Of a stretch of 42,610 nucleotides of DNA, positions 16,088 to 27,400 are shown in pieces. The translations under genes were made by a program, and so were the position numbers. The notes below the pieces were generated by a model. That model had not been told where the DNA came from. It made no database searches and saw only the letters and a list, made by a program, of their open reading frames with translations. Within the stretch, counting starts at the first letter, position 1. Each line of letters starts with the position of its first letter. Origin of the DNA: a virus (Duplodnaviria > Caudoviricetes); the IMG/VR virus record IMGVR_UViG_3300044728_000289, positions 1 to 42,610 of that record; one strand, given 5' to 3'.

Positions 16088-17950
16088 TCACGCGGTGGTG
16101 TACTTCGACATAACCATCCAGCCGCCGCCGCCGTCGCACATCAGGATGACGGCGTTGCCATTGAACAGCTTGCACTCGGTGCCGGTGGAGCCGTCCCCGA
16201 AGCAGAAGACCATGCCGCCGACGGTGTAGATCGAAACGTTGGCCGTGCCCCAATTCTTGGCGATGATCGTCGACCCCGCGGGCTGGTTGTTCGGCACGTA
16301 GTACGTGCCGGCCGCCGTCTGGAGGATGTTGAACCAGCCGATGCCCAGGTAGGCCCCGTTACCCGGCACGGCGTAGGGGTAACGCCAGACCGACGACAGG
16401 TGGGTCTTGTTGCTGAGCGTCTGGGCCTGGCCGTCGGTGATGACCTCGTAGGACGCCCCGGACATGCTCCAGCCGCCGACCCGCCACTTGTTGTCGGTGT
16501 CGATGCCGAAGTAGCTGGCGTAGGCGCCATGGCGGTGAAACGCGATCTTGGCCGCGCCGCCGGCGTTGTTGCCGACCTCCAGCCCGCCCTCGCTGCCGCC
16601 GGCGGAACTGATGCCCGTTCCACCGGCGACGACGATGCTGCCGCGTCCGCTGGAGAGGAAGCCGCTGCCGCCCATGCTGATGTACTCGGTGGTGATGGTC
16701 GAGGTCACCGTCAGCGTCTGCGCCTGCATCGACGTGATGACCGACGAGGCCGCGCCCAGCGAGCCGGCCCCGACGTTGCCGTTGACCTGCAGGTTGTCTG
16801 TCAGCGTCACCCCGCCGTTCGGCGCAATCGTCAGCGGCGTTGTCCAGGCGGCGCCGATGGGGTTCGCCCCGGCGACCGCGAACTGGGCGCGGATGCCCGA
16901 CGGGTCCACGATCCAGGCGCCCGCCGGCTGGCCGATGTCGTACCGATTCCAGCCGCTGGCGTTGTAGAAGGCGTTGTAGGCCAGATCTACGCCGCCCTTG
17001 GCCGCGAAGAAGGCGTACCCATTCGGCGCCTCGATGGTCAGCCAGTCGGTCGCCCCGGGGGTGATGCCGAGAAACGGGCGGGCTGCCGCCGCTGCCGCCC
17101 CCAGGGCAATCGAGCCGCTGACGGTGCCGCCGGTGAGTTGCAGGTAGCGCAGGTCGGCCTGCGCTTGCGTCAGTCCGCCGCTCGGGTTCTGCCAGGCCGT
17201 CGCGTAGTCGACCCCGCTGACCTTGGTCAGAACCTGGGTGGCGGTACCGCCCGCGGGGACACCGGGCCCGGCGGGCCCCTGACTGCCCGTCGAGCCGGTG
17301 GGCCCCTGGCTGCCGGTCGTCCCAGTGTCGCCCTTGGGCCCCTGGCTGCCGGTCGCGCCGGTGTCGCCCTTGACGCCCTGCGGCCCCTGGCTGCCGGTCG
17401 CCCCCGCGGTCCCTGGATCGCCCTTGACGCCCTGGGGTCCCTGGGTTCCGGTTGCGCCCTGAGGCCCCTGGCTGCCGGTCGCGCCAGTGGTCCCGGGCGG
17501 GCCCTGAGGCCCAGGGACGGTCGAGGCGGCCCCGGTCGCGCCGGTGGGTCCAGCGGGGCCGGTGGCGCCAGGCGGACCGGGGATGGTGCTGTCGGCGCCC
17601 GTCGGACCCATCGGCCCGATCTCGCCCTGGGGACCCTGGGCACCCATCGGCCCCTGGGGGCCCGGCGCACCCGCGGCGCCAGGTGTGCCGGGCGCACCCG
17701 CGGCGCCGTCGGCACCCGGCAGACCCTGCGGCCCGACGGGTCCGGGGACGGCGCTGTCTTCGCCGTCCTGGCCTGGGGGACCGGGCGGCCCAGGTGGGCC
17801 GGACGGCCCCTGGGGGCCCTGCCAGGCGGGTGGCGCACTGGGGGTGAGCGGTGGGCCGCCATTGGGCGGCACCGGCTGCAGCGGCGGCGCGGGGACCTGC
17901 CCGGGCGGCAGCAGCGGCGGGGCTGGCGTACCGCGGGGCGCCACCTGCAT
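16088..17950 (-). CDS. Collagen-like fibre protein
   Basis: About 60 Gly-X-Y triplets, [11 protein letters not shown] motif, and the fibre motif [27 protein letters not shown]. Confidence 0.85.
   Translation of the reverse strand: MQVAPRGTPAPPLLPPGQVPAPPLQPVPPNGGPPLTPSAPPAWQGPQGPSGPPGPPGPPGQDGEDSAVPGPVGPQGLPGADGAAGAPGTPGAAGAPGPQGPMGAQGPQGEIGPMGPTGADSTIPGPPGATGPAGPTGATGAASTVPGPQGPPGTTGATGSQGPQGATGTQGPQGVKGDPGTAGATGSQGPQGVKGDTGATGSQGPKGDTGTTGSQGPTGSTGSQGPAGPGVPAGGTATQVLTKVSGVDYATAWQNPSGGLTQAQADLRYLQLTGGTVSGSIALGAAAAAARPFLGITPGATDWLTIEAPNGYAFFAAKGGVDLAYNAFYNASGWNRYDIGQPAGAWIVDPSGIRAQFAVAGANPIGAAWTTPLTIAPNGGVTLTDNLQVNGNVGAGSLGAASSVITSMQAQTLTVTSTITTEYISMGGSGFLSSGRGSIVVAGGTGISSAGGSEGGLEVGNNAGGAAKIAFHRHGAYASYFGIDTDNKWRVGGWSMSGASYEVITDGQAQTLSNKTHLSSVWRYPYAVPGNGAYLGIGWFNILQTAAGTYYVPNNQPAGSTIIAKNWGTANVSIYTVGGMVFCFGDGSTGTECKLFNGNAVILMCDGGGGWMVMSKYTTA
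17263..17821 (-). repeat. Gly-X-Y coding tandem repeats
   Basis: Recurrent GGCCCCTGGCTGCCGGTCG units (TGSQGP) with 9-nt periodicity. Confidence 0.85.
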
Positions 17951-18384
17951 CAGATGTCGGTGACCTTGGCCCCGGGCTTCTTGATGATGACCGTCGCGCG
18001 CACCCCGGTCTGGATGGCGCGGTTGTCGCGGGCGTGGACCATGGCCTCAACGTCCTTGTAGGCGCGCGTGTAGTCGGCCTCGCGGGTCAGTCCCAGGACA
18101 CGCATCGCCTCGACCTTGTCCATGGCCAGCCAGCGCGCGGCGTCGACCGCATCGGGGGTGCCGGCATCATCTGGCACGCGATCCAGGCAGCCGTCCCGCT
18201 GGACCTGCACCTCCTTCACCCGCCCGTCGAGCAGCTTGCACAACAACTGCACCTCGCCCCAGTCCTGGCAGAAGCGGCGCTGGTCTTCCCAGCACACGCG
18301 GAACCACCCCGGGCCGAAGGCGCAGTCGTGGGCGTGCAGCGGCGTGACAGTGAGTGTCGGAATGCGGCCCAGCGGGTCCAGCAT
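17950..18384 (-). CDS. Hypothetical protein
   Basis: TGATG overlaps at both ends. Confidence 0.7.
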   Translation of the reverse strand: MLDPLGRIPTLTVTPLHAHDCAFGPGWFRVCWEDQRRFCQDWGEVQLLCKLLDGRVKEVQVQRDGCLDRVPDDAGTPDAVDAARWLAMDKVEAMRVLGLTREADYTRAYKDVEAMVHARDNRAIQTGVRATVIIKKPGAKVTDI

Positions 18385-18476
18385 CAGGCAGACTCGGGCG
18401 CCTCGGGCTGATCCTCGTCCTCAGGCTCAGACGCGGGTTCCGGCGGCGTGGGCTCGGGATCGGGTTGCAACGTCAT
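18384..18476 (-). CDS. 30-aa acidic Pro/Glu-rich peptide
   Basis: GGAGG 5 nt before ATG 18476; MTLQPDPEPTPPEPASEPEDEDQPEAPESA; stop overlaps the next ATG. Confidence 0.5.
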   Translation of the reverse strand: MTLQPDPEPTPPEPASEPEDEDQPEAPESA

Positions 18477-18490
18477 GAAGTCCTCCATGC

Positions 18491-18898
18491 TCAAGGTCGG
18501 GTGCCGTTCGGGGGGACGGCCTGGAAGGCGTTGGCCGGCCAGGGCCCGGGCTTGGCCAGGCCCTCGTTGCCGCGCCAATCAACCGGGCTGTGCGTCCACA
18601 GGCCCATCGCCGCACCCTGCTGGCCGCTGATCCACGTCGCGTCGTAGGGCGCGGTGGCCTGCACGTCCGGCGGGAACACGCCCCAGCCGTCGACGGCGTT
18701 TTCGAGGAACTCGCCGGTGATGCTCCAGCCCTTGACGGCCTTGCGGACGGCCTGGCTGGAGTGGACGCGCACCCGCCGCGTGGTCGTCCCCGGCGGCTTC
18801 ATCTGGAACCACAGGTTGCCCGGCGGGTCGGCGTAGCGGGTGGTGACGCGGTCGTTGATGTAGCCCGTCTCGGTACCGGGCGCGGTGTAGGCGGCCAT
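18491..18898 (-). CDS. Hypothetical virion-module protein
   Basis: TGATG-coupled ORF. Confidence 0.7.
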   Translation of the reverse strand: MAAYTAPGTETGYINDRVTTRYADPPGNLWFQMKPPGTTTRRVRVHSSQAVRKAVKGWSITGEFLENAVDGWGVFPPDVQATAPYDATWISGQQGAAMGLWTHSPVDWRGNEGLAKPGPWPANAFQAVPPNGTRP

Positions 18899-19281
18899 CA
18901 GTTGACCGCCTTGGCCGGCTCCGTCCCCACCGGTGGCGCCGGGTTCTCCGCCGTCGGCAGGTACTTGGGGGCGTCGTTGGTGGTCTTGGCCTGGGGCTCG
19001 ACCGGCGTCTCCGACTTGCCCTTCGCCTCGACCCAGGCGACCCAGTCCTCGATGACCTCGTCGCCGCTGACCTTGTAGCCCTTGGCCTCGTAGTACGCGC
19101 GGCTCGAGTCGGGCGCCACGAAGGTGGTGCCGTCGGGCTTGGTGTAGGTGTGGTACAGGTTCGGGTCGACCTGCTCGTGCGGCCCGCTCTGGGCGCCCTT
19201 GAGGGTGTTGGCCTGGTAGGTCGGGCCCTCCTGGGTGTCCAGCACGTCCTGGCGATGGTCGACCGTCTTCTTCTCAGCCAT
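18898..19281 (-). CDS. Hypothetical protein
   Basis: AGAGGA RBS before ATG 19281 (MAEKK...). Confidence 0.7.
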   Translation of the reverse strand: MAEKKTVDHRQDVLDTQEGPTYQANTLKGAQSGPHEQVDPNLYHTYTKPDGTTFVAPDSSRAYYEAKGYKVSGDEVIEDWVAWVEAKGKSETPVEPQAKTTNDAPKYLPTAENPAPPVGTEPAKAVN

Positions 19282-19870
19282 GGGGAATCCTCTGCCGCAC
19301 TGGGCGTGCCGCCTGGTCAATGGGGTCGTAGCCGTGCTGGCTGTTCAGCTTGGCCTGCAAGCCCTCCAGGCTGGCCTGGTCGGCCGTCTCGACGCCGATC
19401 AGCAGGCGCTCCTCCTGGGGCTGGACCTCGGGCGTCAGCACCGGCTCGTAGCTCCAGGCCGGCATGCCCGTCTTCTCCGAGACCTGCTTGAGGATGTCCT
19501 CGCACTGCTCGGCCGTCCACTGCTCGAAGGGGTAGTCGACGTTGATCGCCGGGTTGCGCAGCCCGATGGCGCGGATGCGGTTGATGGCCTCGGCCTTCTT
19601 CCGCTGCCCCGCCAGAATGACCGGGTGGTACTCCCGCTCATACCGCTGGCGCTCCGACAGACCGCCCTCGGCTGGTCGCGCTTCGCTCAGTTCTACGAAA
19701 CCCTTGTCGCGGTAGTAGGCACGGTTCTGGGGGTCGCCCTGGAGCGCCACCACCATGCCGTCCGGCCGCATGAAGAGGCGGGTCGGATAGTTGTAGTTCA
19801 GCCCGCGCTGGGGCTGAACACCGGCCACCGTGCGGGCCTTCAACTCCTCGATCAGATCGCTCATGCCCAA
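19274..19870 (-). CDS. Hypothetical protein downstream of the capsid gene
   Basis: 198-aa ORF in frame with the capsid gene; start is TTG 19870 or ATG 19864. Confidence 0.7.
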   Translation of the reverse strand: MGMSDLIEELKARTVAGVQPQRGLNYNYPTRLFMRPDGMVVALQGDPQNRAYYRDKGFVELSEARPAEGGLSERQRYEREYHPVILAGQRKKAEAINRIRAIGLRNPAINVDYPFEQWTAEQCEDILKQVSEKTGMPAWSYEPVLTPEVQPQEERLLIGVETADQASLEGLQAKLNSQHGYDPIDQAARPVRQRIPHG

Positions 19871-19873
19871 ACT

Positions 19874-20728
19874 CTACGCTGCCCCGAGGACCAGCACCCC
19901 GAACAGGTCGCGCATCTCCTGATGGCCGTAGATGACCTCTGACGCGAGCTTCCAGGCGAAGAAGTCGATGTCGTAGAAGAGGTGCATCTTGGGGCTCCGC
20001 TGCACCACCAGGGCGATGGCGTCGCGGTGGAAAATCGCGTTGTTGGCCTGGCCCGCGGCCGGCTTCACGAGGTTGGTGGTTACCGCGAGCGTCAACCCGT
20101 ACATGTCGCCCAGGCGGCCGTTCTTGACCGGCATGTTCGAGTTGCCGATGTAGAGCGCATTCGACCAGCGATCCAGCGCCAGCTTGGCCACCTTCTCGGC
20201 TGGGCTCATGACGAAAAAGCGGTCGTCCTGCGGCACGTCGGCGTCGTCGAGCAGCTTGATCGCCGCCAACACGTTGGCATCCGAGGCCGCGGTGCCGAGG
20301 GTCCCGACGGTCTGGCTGAAGCCACCCAGGTCGGCCGCCAGCTTGGTGTCGATGTCGCGCGCCAGGGCATACCCCAGCTTGCGCTGGTATTCCGCCTGGA
20401 CATTTACCTGTGCCTGAACCTTAACAATGTCCTCGATGCCAAACGCGGCATAGGACCAGATGTTGAGGGTGATCGTGGTCGCCGTCTCGGCCACGGTCTC
20501 GTACAGGATGGCCGTGTTCTCGGTCTTGGGCCGCGCGGCCAGGTTGCCAATGCTGGCGACCTTGACGGTTTTGCCCACCGAGGCGTCGTCCTCGAAGCCG
20601 CGATTGACCATGGTCGCCAGGACCAAGTTGCTTTCAGTCGCGCGCAAGACCTGCTTCGACCAGATGTCCGGCGAGAAAATGCCGTCGCTGATCGTTTTGT
20701 CAACGAATTCCGCAGCCCCGGTGGCCAT
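19874..20728 (-). CDS. Major capsid protein (HK97 fold, P22-coat-like)
   Basis: PDIWSKQVL...GKTVKV, GYALARDID, LDDADVPQDDRFFVMSP, GRLGDMYG, AIFHRDAIALV, VIYG; GAGGTG RBS. Confidence 0.9.
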   Translation of the reverse strand: MATGAAEFVDKTISDGIFSPDIWSKQVLRATESNLVLATMVNRGFEDDASVGKTVKVASIGNLAARPKTENTAILYETVAETATTITLNIWSYAAFGIEDIVKVQAQVNVQAEYQRKLGYALARDIDTKLAADLGGFSQTVGTLGTAASDANVLAAIKLLDDADVPQDDRFFVMSPAEKVAKLALDRWSNALYIGNSNMPVKNGRLGDMYGLTLAVTTNLVKPAAGQANNAIFHRDAIALVVQRSPKMHLFYDIDFFAWKLASEVIYGHQEMRDLFGVLVLGAA

Positions 20729-20750
20729 GTCTATTCACCTCAGAGTGAGA

Positions 20751-21659
20751 TCAGCGTCTGTTGATGGGAATCCCGCGGGTCAGACGCACCCTGGTGCCCG
20801 GTCGCGGTTGGCCATTCGCGTCGAAGTAGGTCTCGTACTCGGTCAGGCTCATGCGGTCGATCTGCTCGTCCGTGATCTCGCGGACGCTTGCAGCAGGGCC
20901 GCCGTCTAACTCGGGTACCTGTTCCTGGCCAACGGTTTCCGATAGCAGTGCCTTACGTAGGGCAGGCTCGCGCTTCTTGATCTCGGTCTCGACGGCCTGG
21001 CTCAGTCTATGGCTGACCAGGGCGTCGTTGACCGCGCTCATGTACTCCTGCACGCCCTCGGCGTAGGTCTTGCCCACGCCCCATTGCTTCCCCCCAACCT
21101 CGGCCTGCACCTCGGGCGGCAGGCTCTGCTGGAAGGCCACCACGCCCTCCATGAAGGGGGTTGCGGACTGCGCCGCCTGGCGCTCCTGCTCCTGGCGGAT
21201 CAGGTCGGGGGCTGTCAGTTCCCCGAGTTGGTAGTAGTCGCCGCGTGCCAGCGCCTCGCGGCGCTCAAGCTCGGCCTGGCTCTGGGCCTGCTGCTCCAGC
21301 AGGGCCCGCGCGCGGCGCTGCGCCAGGTCGCCCAGCATGCCCGCCAGGGTCGGGTCTTTGGTGACCTCGTCCCGCGGCAGGTTCTTGGCCAGGATGGCCA
21401 GGGCTGCCTTGGGGTCCTCGGTCTCCCGCGCCTGCCGCCACCAGTCGATGTCTGGCGCGGTTGGTGCATCTGGGGCTGGCTCGGGGGCAGGGGCTTCCGG
21501 CGCCGACGATGCTGCCGCGAGGAACCGCCCACGCTCGTCCCGGCCACTGGGCGACGAGGCCGTCTCAGTGGCTGGCGCAGCGGGTGGTGCGGCGGCCGTC
21601 TCAGTGGGCGGCGCGTCGTCGATGAGGTCCGGATGCTGACCCCGGGTTGATTCGGCCAT
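20751..21659 (-). CDS. Capsid scaffolding protein
   Basis: Pro/Ala/acidic N-terminus with GRDERGRF, helical body, C-terminal IDRMSLTEY; directly upstream of the capsid gene. Confidence 0.7.
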   Translation of the reverse strand: MAESTRGQHPDLIDDAPPTETAAAPPAAPATETASSPSGRDERGRFLAAASSAPEAPAPEPAPDAPTAPDIDWWRQARETEDPKAALAILAKNLPRDEVTKDPTLAGMLGDLAQRRARALLEQQAQSQAELERREALARGDYYQLGELTAPDLIRQEQERQAAQSATPFMEGVVAFQQSLPPEVQAEVGGKQWGVGKTYAEGVQEYMSAVNDALVSHRLSQAVETEIKKREPALRKALLSETVGQEQVPELDGGPAASVREITDEQIDRMSLTEYETYFDANGQPRPGTRVRLTRGIPINRR

Positions 21660-22778
21660 CTATCGCTTGACTTGCCCGAATGTAGCTGGTGACTGAAACG
21701 ACGGCAAGGTGTTGCGGATCTGGCTCAGGGCATCGTTGGGGTCGATGCCGTACTTCTCCTGAATGCCCTGCAGGACCATCTGCTGGGTCGACTGCGGGCT
21801 GCGGAAGAAGTCCACCGAGTTGACCTTGTTGGGCGTCGGGATGGCGCCCAGGACCGACGACATGTTCTGGCTGTTGGCGTTGGGGTCGCGGATGTCGTCG
21901 ATCATCTGCTGCAGGTAACCGAGGCCCCCGCTCGCGCCGGTGCTGTTCTGGGTGCTCTGGGCCTGGTCCCCGACGGCGCCGAAGCCGGCCACTGACTGGC
22001 CGCCCAGCAGCCGGCCCATCTGCCCCAGGGCCTGCTGCTGGCGGAACGGGTTGGCCTGTAGCTGGGCCGCCGTCTGGACCACGCTGAGGCCCTGGCCGAA
22101 CTGCTGGGCCTGGGCCTGCTGAGTCTGGACCGGCGCGCCGTAGCTGCCCTGGGGCGCGCCCGATTGCAGTGCCAGGAAGGTGTTGGGGTCGCTGGCCGCC
22201 TGGATCTTGCTGGTGTCCGGGTTGCCGCCGGCGGCGATGTAGGCCTCCCAGTTCGGGAACATGACCAGCTTGCCGCCCTGCATCTGCCCGATCTGGGTGC
22301 CGGGCCCGAGCGGGCCGGGGGCGCGGACAAAGGTCCCGTCCGCGGGGCGGCTGAAGCTCTCCTGGGCGGCCGGCGTGTACGGCCGGTAGTAGCCCGTCAG
22401 ACCAGCTTCGCTGATGCCCAGGCCGACGTTGAACTGACGGACCGACTCCTTGAACTTGTCCTGATCGAAGCCGAAGGTGACGTTGAACTGGCGGACGGCC
22501 TCGTCGAAGGCCTCCTTGTTGCCCGAGGCGATGGCGCCGATCAGGCTGTTGATCTGGGCCCCGAGCTTCTGGGTGTCGCCCGAGCTAACCGTGCCCTGCG
22601 GGGTACCGGGAGCCGCCGCCTGGCCAGTCGGGGTCGCCGCCCCGCCACCGACGAGGACGGGCGTGCCGCCGGCGGCGTTGCCCTCGCCCTGGCTGGCGTT
22701 GATCGCGGCCGCCGTCGGATCGCTGGCGTTGACTCGCATCGAGCCGCCGCCCTTGAGCGGAACGTCGTACTGAGGCAT
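21660..22778 (-). CDS. Probable internal virion/ejection protein
   Basis: Rich in Gly, Gln and Ala, no Cys, F.E.VRQFNV repeated twice. Confidence 0.5.
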   Translation of the reverse strand: MPQYDVPLKGGGSMRVNASDPTAAAINASQGEGNAAGGTPVLVGGGAATPTGQAAAPGTPQGTVSSGDTQKLGAQINSLIGAIASGNKEAFDEAVRQFNVTFGFDQDKFKESVRQFNVGLGISEAGLTGYYRPYTPAAQESFSRPADGTFVRAPGPLGPGTQIGQMQGGKLVMFPNWEAYIAAGGNPDTSKIQAASDPNTFLALQSGAPQGSYGAPVQTQQAQAQQFGQGLSVVQTAAQLQANPFRQQQALGQMGRLLGGQSVAGFGAVGDQAQSTQNSTGASGGLGYLQQMIDDIRDPNANSQNMSSVLGAIPTPNKVNSVDFFRSPQSTQQMVLQGIQEKYGIDPNDALSQIRNTLPSFQSPATFGQVKR

Positions 22779-24421
22779 CAGACCGTGATGGTTACCGTCC
22801 GCTGCGGCGGGCTGACGAAGGGCCCCTGGCCGGCGCGGCCCGCCTGAAACTGCGCCGCCATCTCGGGGGTGATGCCAAAGGTCCCGCTGCCACCCGCGGC
22901 CAGGCCGACCGGCGCAGCTTGCGGGGTGACGCTCGGCTGAGCCTGGTTGGGGCTGACGAAGGGGGCGGCCGCCACCGCGCCGCCCATGGCCGCTGGAGCT
23001 CCGGCCGCTGCCGGTGCGGCTGCTGCGGCCGCAGGTGGACTGGCCACCCCCGCGGCTGGGCTCGTAGCTGCTGCAGCACCCGCGGCAGCCGCGGCCGGGT
23101 GATCCTGGCCGGTGAGTGCCTTCCAGCGTTCCAGCATCTGGCCGAGCACGCCATAGGCGGCCTGGCCCTGGGGGCTCTGGATGTCGGCGCCGGCGCTCTT
23201 GACCATGTTCGCGGCGGCGTCGTAGACCTGCTGCCCGCCACCAAGCTGGGTCGTGTAACCCTGGATGCCCTGCAGTAGCTGGGTCGCGTCGAAGCCCGCG
23301 GGCATGGCGTGCAGACCGCCGCCCAGGGGGCCGAACTTGCCGCTGCTGCTCTGCCCCTGGCCGGCCAGGCCGAGGACGTTGTTGAGCATGCCCTGGGCAC
23401 TCTCGACGCGCTGGTTGAGCATGTTGGCGCCGGTCGTGCCAGCCTGACTCTGGGCCGTCCGCTCGGTGCTGTAGAGGCTGCTGGCGGCGTTGATGGCGGC
23501 CGTTCGCTCGGCCGTCTCGCTGGTCCGCTGCGACTCGGCCGCGCGGGCCGCGGCGTCGTCCTTGGCCTGCTGCTCGCGGGCCTGGTTGGACCGCGCCGTC
23601 TCGGCCGCGCTGCCCTGGCTGACGGCCAGGTTGCCCTGCTGCACGCCGATGCCGGCCTGGGCGACATCGTTGGTCTGGCGCGCAACCAGCGAGTCCAGGG
23701 CCAGCTTGTCCCGCGCCAGGTCGCGGTTGAGGTCCGCGTTCTCCTTGTCGAAGTCAAGCTGCGCCTGGCGCAGGTCGGCGTCGGAAGCGTTCTTGTTGCT
23801 GTCGAGCGCCAGCCGCTTCTCCGCGATCATCGCGTCCTGGGCCGCCCGCGTCGCCGCGGTGGTCGCGTTGGTCGCGGCGATCTCGTTGCTGATGGCGGCC
23901 TGGCGGTTGTTGTCGCCGGCGATCTTCAGCGCGTTGTCGATCTGCTGCTGGTTCTGGCCCTGGTCGCGCAGCTTGGCGTCCATGGCCGCGATCTCTTGAT
24001 CGGTCATGAACAGGCCGCGCCGCTGCTGGTTCTCGGCCCGCTTGGCGTTGTCCTTCTGCAGCGTCGCCAGTTCCTCGCGCAGCTTGGCGGCGTTGGCCCG
24101 GGCGCTTTCCGCGGTGCCCTCCGAGGCGCCGACGCGAGCGACCTTCTCCTCCTTCGACTCGCCTGGGGCCGGGTCGGCACCCTGGTCAGTGATGGTGAAG
24201 TCGACCGTGTTCAGGTCGATGGGCTGGTTCGGGATCTTGGTCGTGAGGTCGGCGTCGGTCGCCAGCGAGACGCGGCGGGTGTTGCCCGCGCCGTCGGTCA
24301 GGATCAGGACCGCGGCGCCCTGGCGGGGCTTGCCGAACTGGTCGACGGCGGTCGGATCGGCGCCGACGGACTGGACCGTGAAGCCGGGGTATCCCTGGGC
24401 GATCTCAGCAACCGTTGGCAT
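22778..24421 (-). CDS. Probable ejection protein (long Ala/Gln coiled coil)
   Basis: Extended coiled coil with AAETARSNQARE as in DNA-pilot-like proteins; no Cys. Confidence 0.55.
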   Translation of the reverse strand: MPTVAEIAQGYPGFTVQSVGADPTAVDQFGKPRQGAAVLILTDGAGNTRRVSLATDADLTTKIPNQPIDLNTVDFTITDQGADPAPGESKEEKVARVGASEGTAESARANAAKLREELATLQKDNAKRAENQQRRGLFMTDQEIAAMDAKLRDQGQNQQQIDNALKIAGDNNRQAAISNEIAATNATTAATRAAQDAMIAEKRLALDSNKNASDADLRQAQLDFDKENADLNRDLARDKLALDSLVARQTNDVAQAGIGVQQGNLAVSQGSAAETARSNQAREQQAKDDAAARAAESQRTSETAERTAAINAASSLYSTERTAQSQAGTTGANMLNQRVESAQGMLNNVLGLAGQGQSSSGKFGPLGGGLHAMPAGFDATQLLQGIQGYTTQLGGGQQVYDAAANMVKSAGADIQSPQGQAAYGVLGQMLERWKALTGQDHPAAAAAGAAAATSPAAGVASPPAAAAAAPAAAGAPAAMGGAVAAAPFVSPNQAQPSVTPQAAPVGLAAGGSGTFGITPEMAAQFQAGRAGQGPFVSPPQRTVTITV

Positions 24422-27400
24422 CAGGGCGCTCCACTGCCGACGAGTCTACGGCCGGCGATCTGCTTGGCGGCATCCAATCGTTTGCGCTCCTCAGCCTCGG
24501 GGGTGATGCCCGACCAGCGGGCGGCGTTCTGGCCGCTGATGGTGGCCAGCACGCGCTTCCAGTACATCGCCTTGTCGTCGTCGCTCATGCGCTGGTACGA
24601 CGGTGTGCGCACCTCGGCCTGGAAGCGGGCCAGGTCGGCGCCGCGGAGTTGGGCCATGGCCCGCTGCTCCGTCTCGCTCAGCTTGATCTCGCTGCCGCCG
24701 CGGGAGACCGTATCGGGGTACTTGGTGAACGGCTTGACCTCGCTGTAGCCGGCGCGGTTTAGGCGGTTCAACTCGCTCTCCAGCGGGCTGATCGGGCGGC
24801 TCTGCTCGCGCGCCAGGACCCCGCCCAGACCAGCCTTGGCACGCTGCTCGGGCTGGCCGGTCATCGGGTCAATGCGCGCGGGTAGCTGCTGGCTGAGGCC
24901 CGGAATGCGGCTCATGACCGTCTGCGGGATCGCCCCCGGTAGCTCCTTGCTGACATCCCGCGCAATGGGGTCGGTCAGCGCCACCCCGCTGCCACCCAGG
25001 CCGCCCCACGGCACGAAGCGGCTGGCGTAGCCGATGGCCGTCTTGCCGACCGTCCGCGGGCCGCTGTCGCCGTCGCCCAGGGCGTGCAGCAAGTCGACCG
25101 CGGTACTCAGGTAGCTCGCGTCCGACATGACCCGCAGCGTGCTGGCGAAGGCCGCCTCCTGCACCCGCGGGTTGGTCCAGTCAATGCCGTTCTTACCCTG
25201 CTTGGCCGACACCCCGGTGGTCGCCTCGTACATCGCCGCCGGCACCGCGAATGGGATCTGGAACGGCCCCCAGCCCGAGTAGTCGTACCACTGGCCGCCG
25301 ATCTTGACGCTGCTCGGCCGCTCGGGGTTGTCGGGCCCGGTGACGTTGCCCGCGGCGACGTTGCTGATGATGGTCATCGACAGCAGGCTCTGCACCAGTA
25401 GCTCGGCGCCCTCGTGGGTGGCCGTGCGGGTGTCGCCTATCGCCAGGCCGCGCGCCATCTTCCAGGCGTGGACCGCCTCGCCCAGGACCGGCGTCCGCTG
25501 CAGGCCCAGCCGCCAGATAGCGTCCGGGACGCCACTGAAGGGGACCAGGGCGTCGACCGCCAGGCCGAGCAACTGGGTGCCCTTGTTGGTGCTGCTGAGC
25601 AGGTCCTGCTTCCAGTCACTGAGGCGTTGGCCGACGCCCTTGCCGCCTTCGTTGCTGAAGACGGTGCTGGTCCCCGACTTCTTGCCCGCCTCGAAGATGT
25701 CGTTGGCGTTGGCGCGGATGACGGCATCCATGTCGGCCTGGGTGACCGCGCCGGCCTCGCGGATGAGCCGCTGGGCTTCCATGGTCGCGCCCATGTTGCC
25801 GGCGATGACACGGAAGAAGTCGTCCGCGGCGCCCAGGGCGCGCAGGAAGATGTGGCTGCCGTGGGTGTTCGGCGCCCCCGCGCGGGTCTGACTGGTGACG
25901 CCCGTCAGGGCCGCTTGACGGGCGGCCCGCCAGGCGTCCGGAATGCTGCCGCCCATGGCCATCAGGCCCAGCAGGGCATCCTGCTCGCGGCCCGACACCG
26001 CCGCCACCAGGGGCTGCTTGATCATCTCGGCAAGCTGGCTGGACAGGTTCATGACGTGCGTCCCGAGGCCCGACAGCATCCAGTCCTTGCTGGTGGCGAT
26101 GACCTCGCCGGCGACGGTGCGACCAGGGTTGGTGCCGGGCTTGGGCGGCCCCACCTGGCGCGCGGCGAAGTCGAACTGGCTGCGCAGTTGAGCCAGGTCG
26201 GGCCCCTGCCCCTTGGCCAGCCCGAAGCCGCCCTTGATCGCCCCCGGCGCGATGGAGCCGGTCAGGGCCCCGAGCAGGTCGCGGTTGACGCGGCCGATGG
26301 TGTCCTGCTTCTCCTTGTCGGTCATGCTGAACTCGCTGGCCGTCGCCCCTGCGATGGCCCCGCCCACCCGCGGCAGGTTGCCGGCGATCAGTCGCGCCAC
26401 CATCGGGTTCTTCAGCCCGCGCGGGCTGAGCGCGCCGGCGATGGCGGCGGCGCCGAGCTTGGCGGTGCGGTTCGGATCGTCGTCGTCGACCTCGGCGCCC
26501 GCGGCCGCGCCGGCCACCGCGCCGCCCAGGTACTGCGCCCCGGGGGCCTTCAGGTAGTTGTCGACGATCTGCTGGCGGCCGGGGGAGATCGGGGGCGCGC
26601 CCTGGGCGCCACCGATGGTCTCGGCCTCGCTGATCATCTTGGGCTGGACGCGGATGATCTCCCGCCCGGCGATCTCAGGGGTCGGGTTGAGGTGGCGGAT
26701 CGGGATGTCGTTGCCGGCCGCCTTGGCCCGCGCGGCGATCTCCTCGGCCACCTGGCGCAGGTTCAGGGCGTCGGGGTTGTCGCGCTTGAGGCCGACCTGC
26801 TTGGCCAGCGCCCGCTCGGGCTGGTTGATGTAGATCGCCGCCAGGTCCTCGATCTGCGGGTCGATGACCAGCGCCTCGGTCCGGCTGGACTGCTTGATCG
26901 CGGCCTGGTTCAGCCGCGCCGCCTCGGTCGGCGTCAGCTTGTTCAGGTTCGGGCCCGTCTTGCGGGTCGGGTTCATCATGTTGAACGCCTCGGTGCGCGC
27001 CGGCTGGACCCGCGGCGACTCGCCCCGCAGGAGCAGCGCGGCGATCACGTCCGGGTCGGTCAGCCGCCCACTGCGCACAGCATTGGCAAGCTCGGTTGGC
27101 ATGCTGGCCAGGAGAGTCATCATGCGCATGTCCGCGGCGCCGCTGGGGCCGACCGCCAGGTCGGTACTGGCGATCTGCCGCCCATCGCCCACGTCGATGC
27201 CCTGGTCCTGCCAGCCGACCTTGCGCGGGCCGAACGGGGTGGCCTCGGTGGTGGCGCCGACCAGGCTCTGCTCGCCGCGCCACATGATCTCTTTGATGCC
27301 CTCGCCGGTCGAGTGCTCGTGGGCCGGGTAGTCCGGCGCGAGCGGGCCGAAGTGGTGGTGGAAGGTGACCACCATCGGCGTCTGCGGCCGCCAGACGTAG

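Noticed and set aside
11484-17950. Diversity-generating retroelement acting on the fibres
   Set aside because: No reverse transcriptase and no template/variable repeat pair were seen.
21558-21607. Direct repeat GGCCGTCTCAGTGG in the scaffold gene
   Set aside because: It is explained by a repeated TETA peptide in a low-complexity region.
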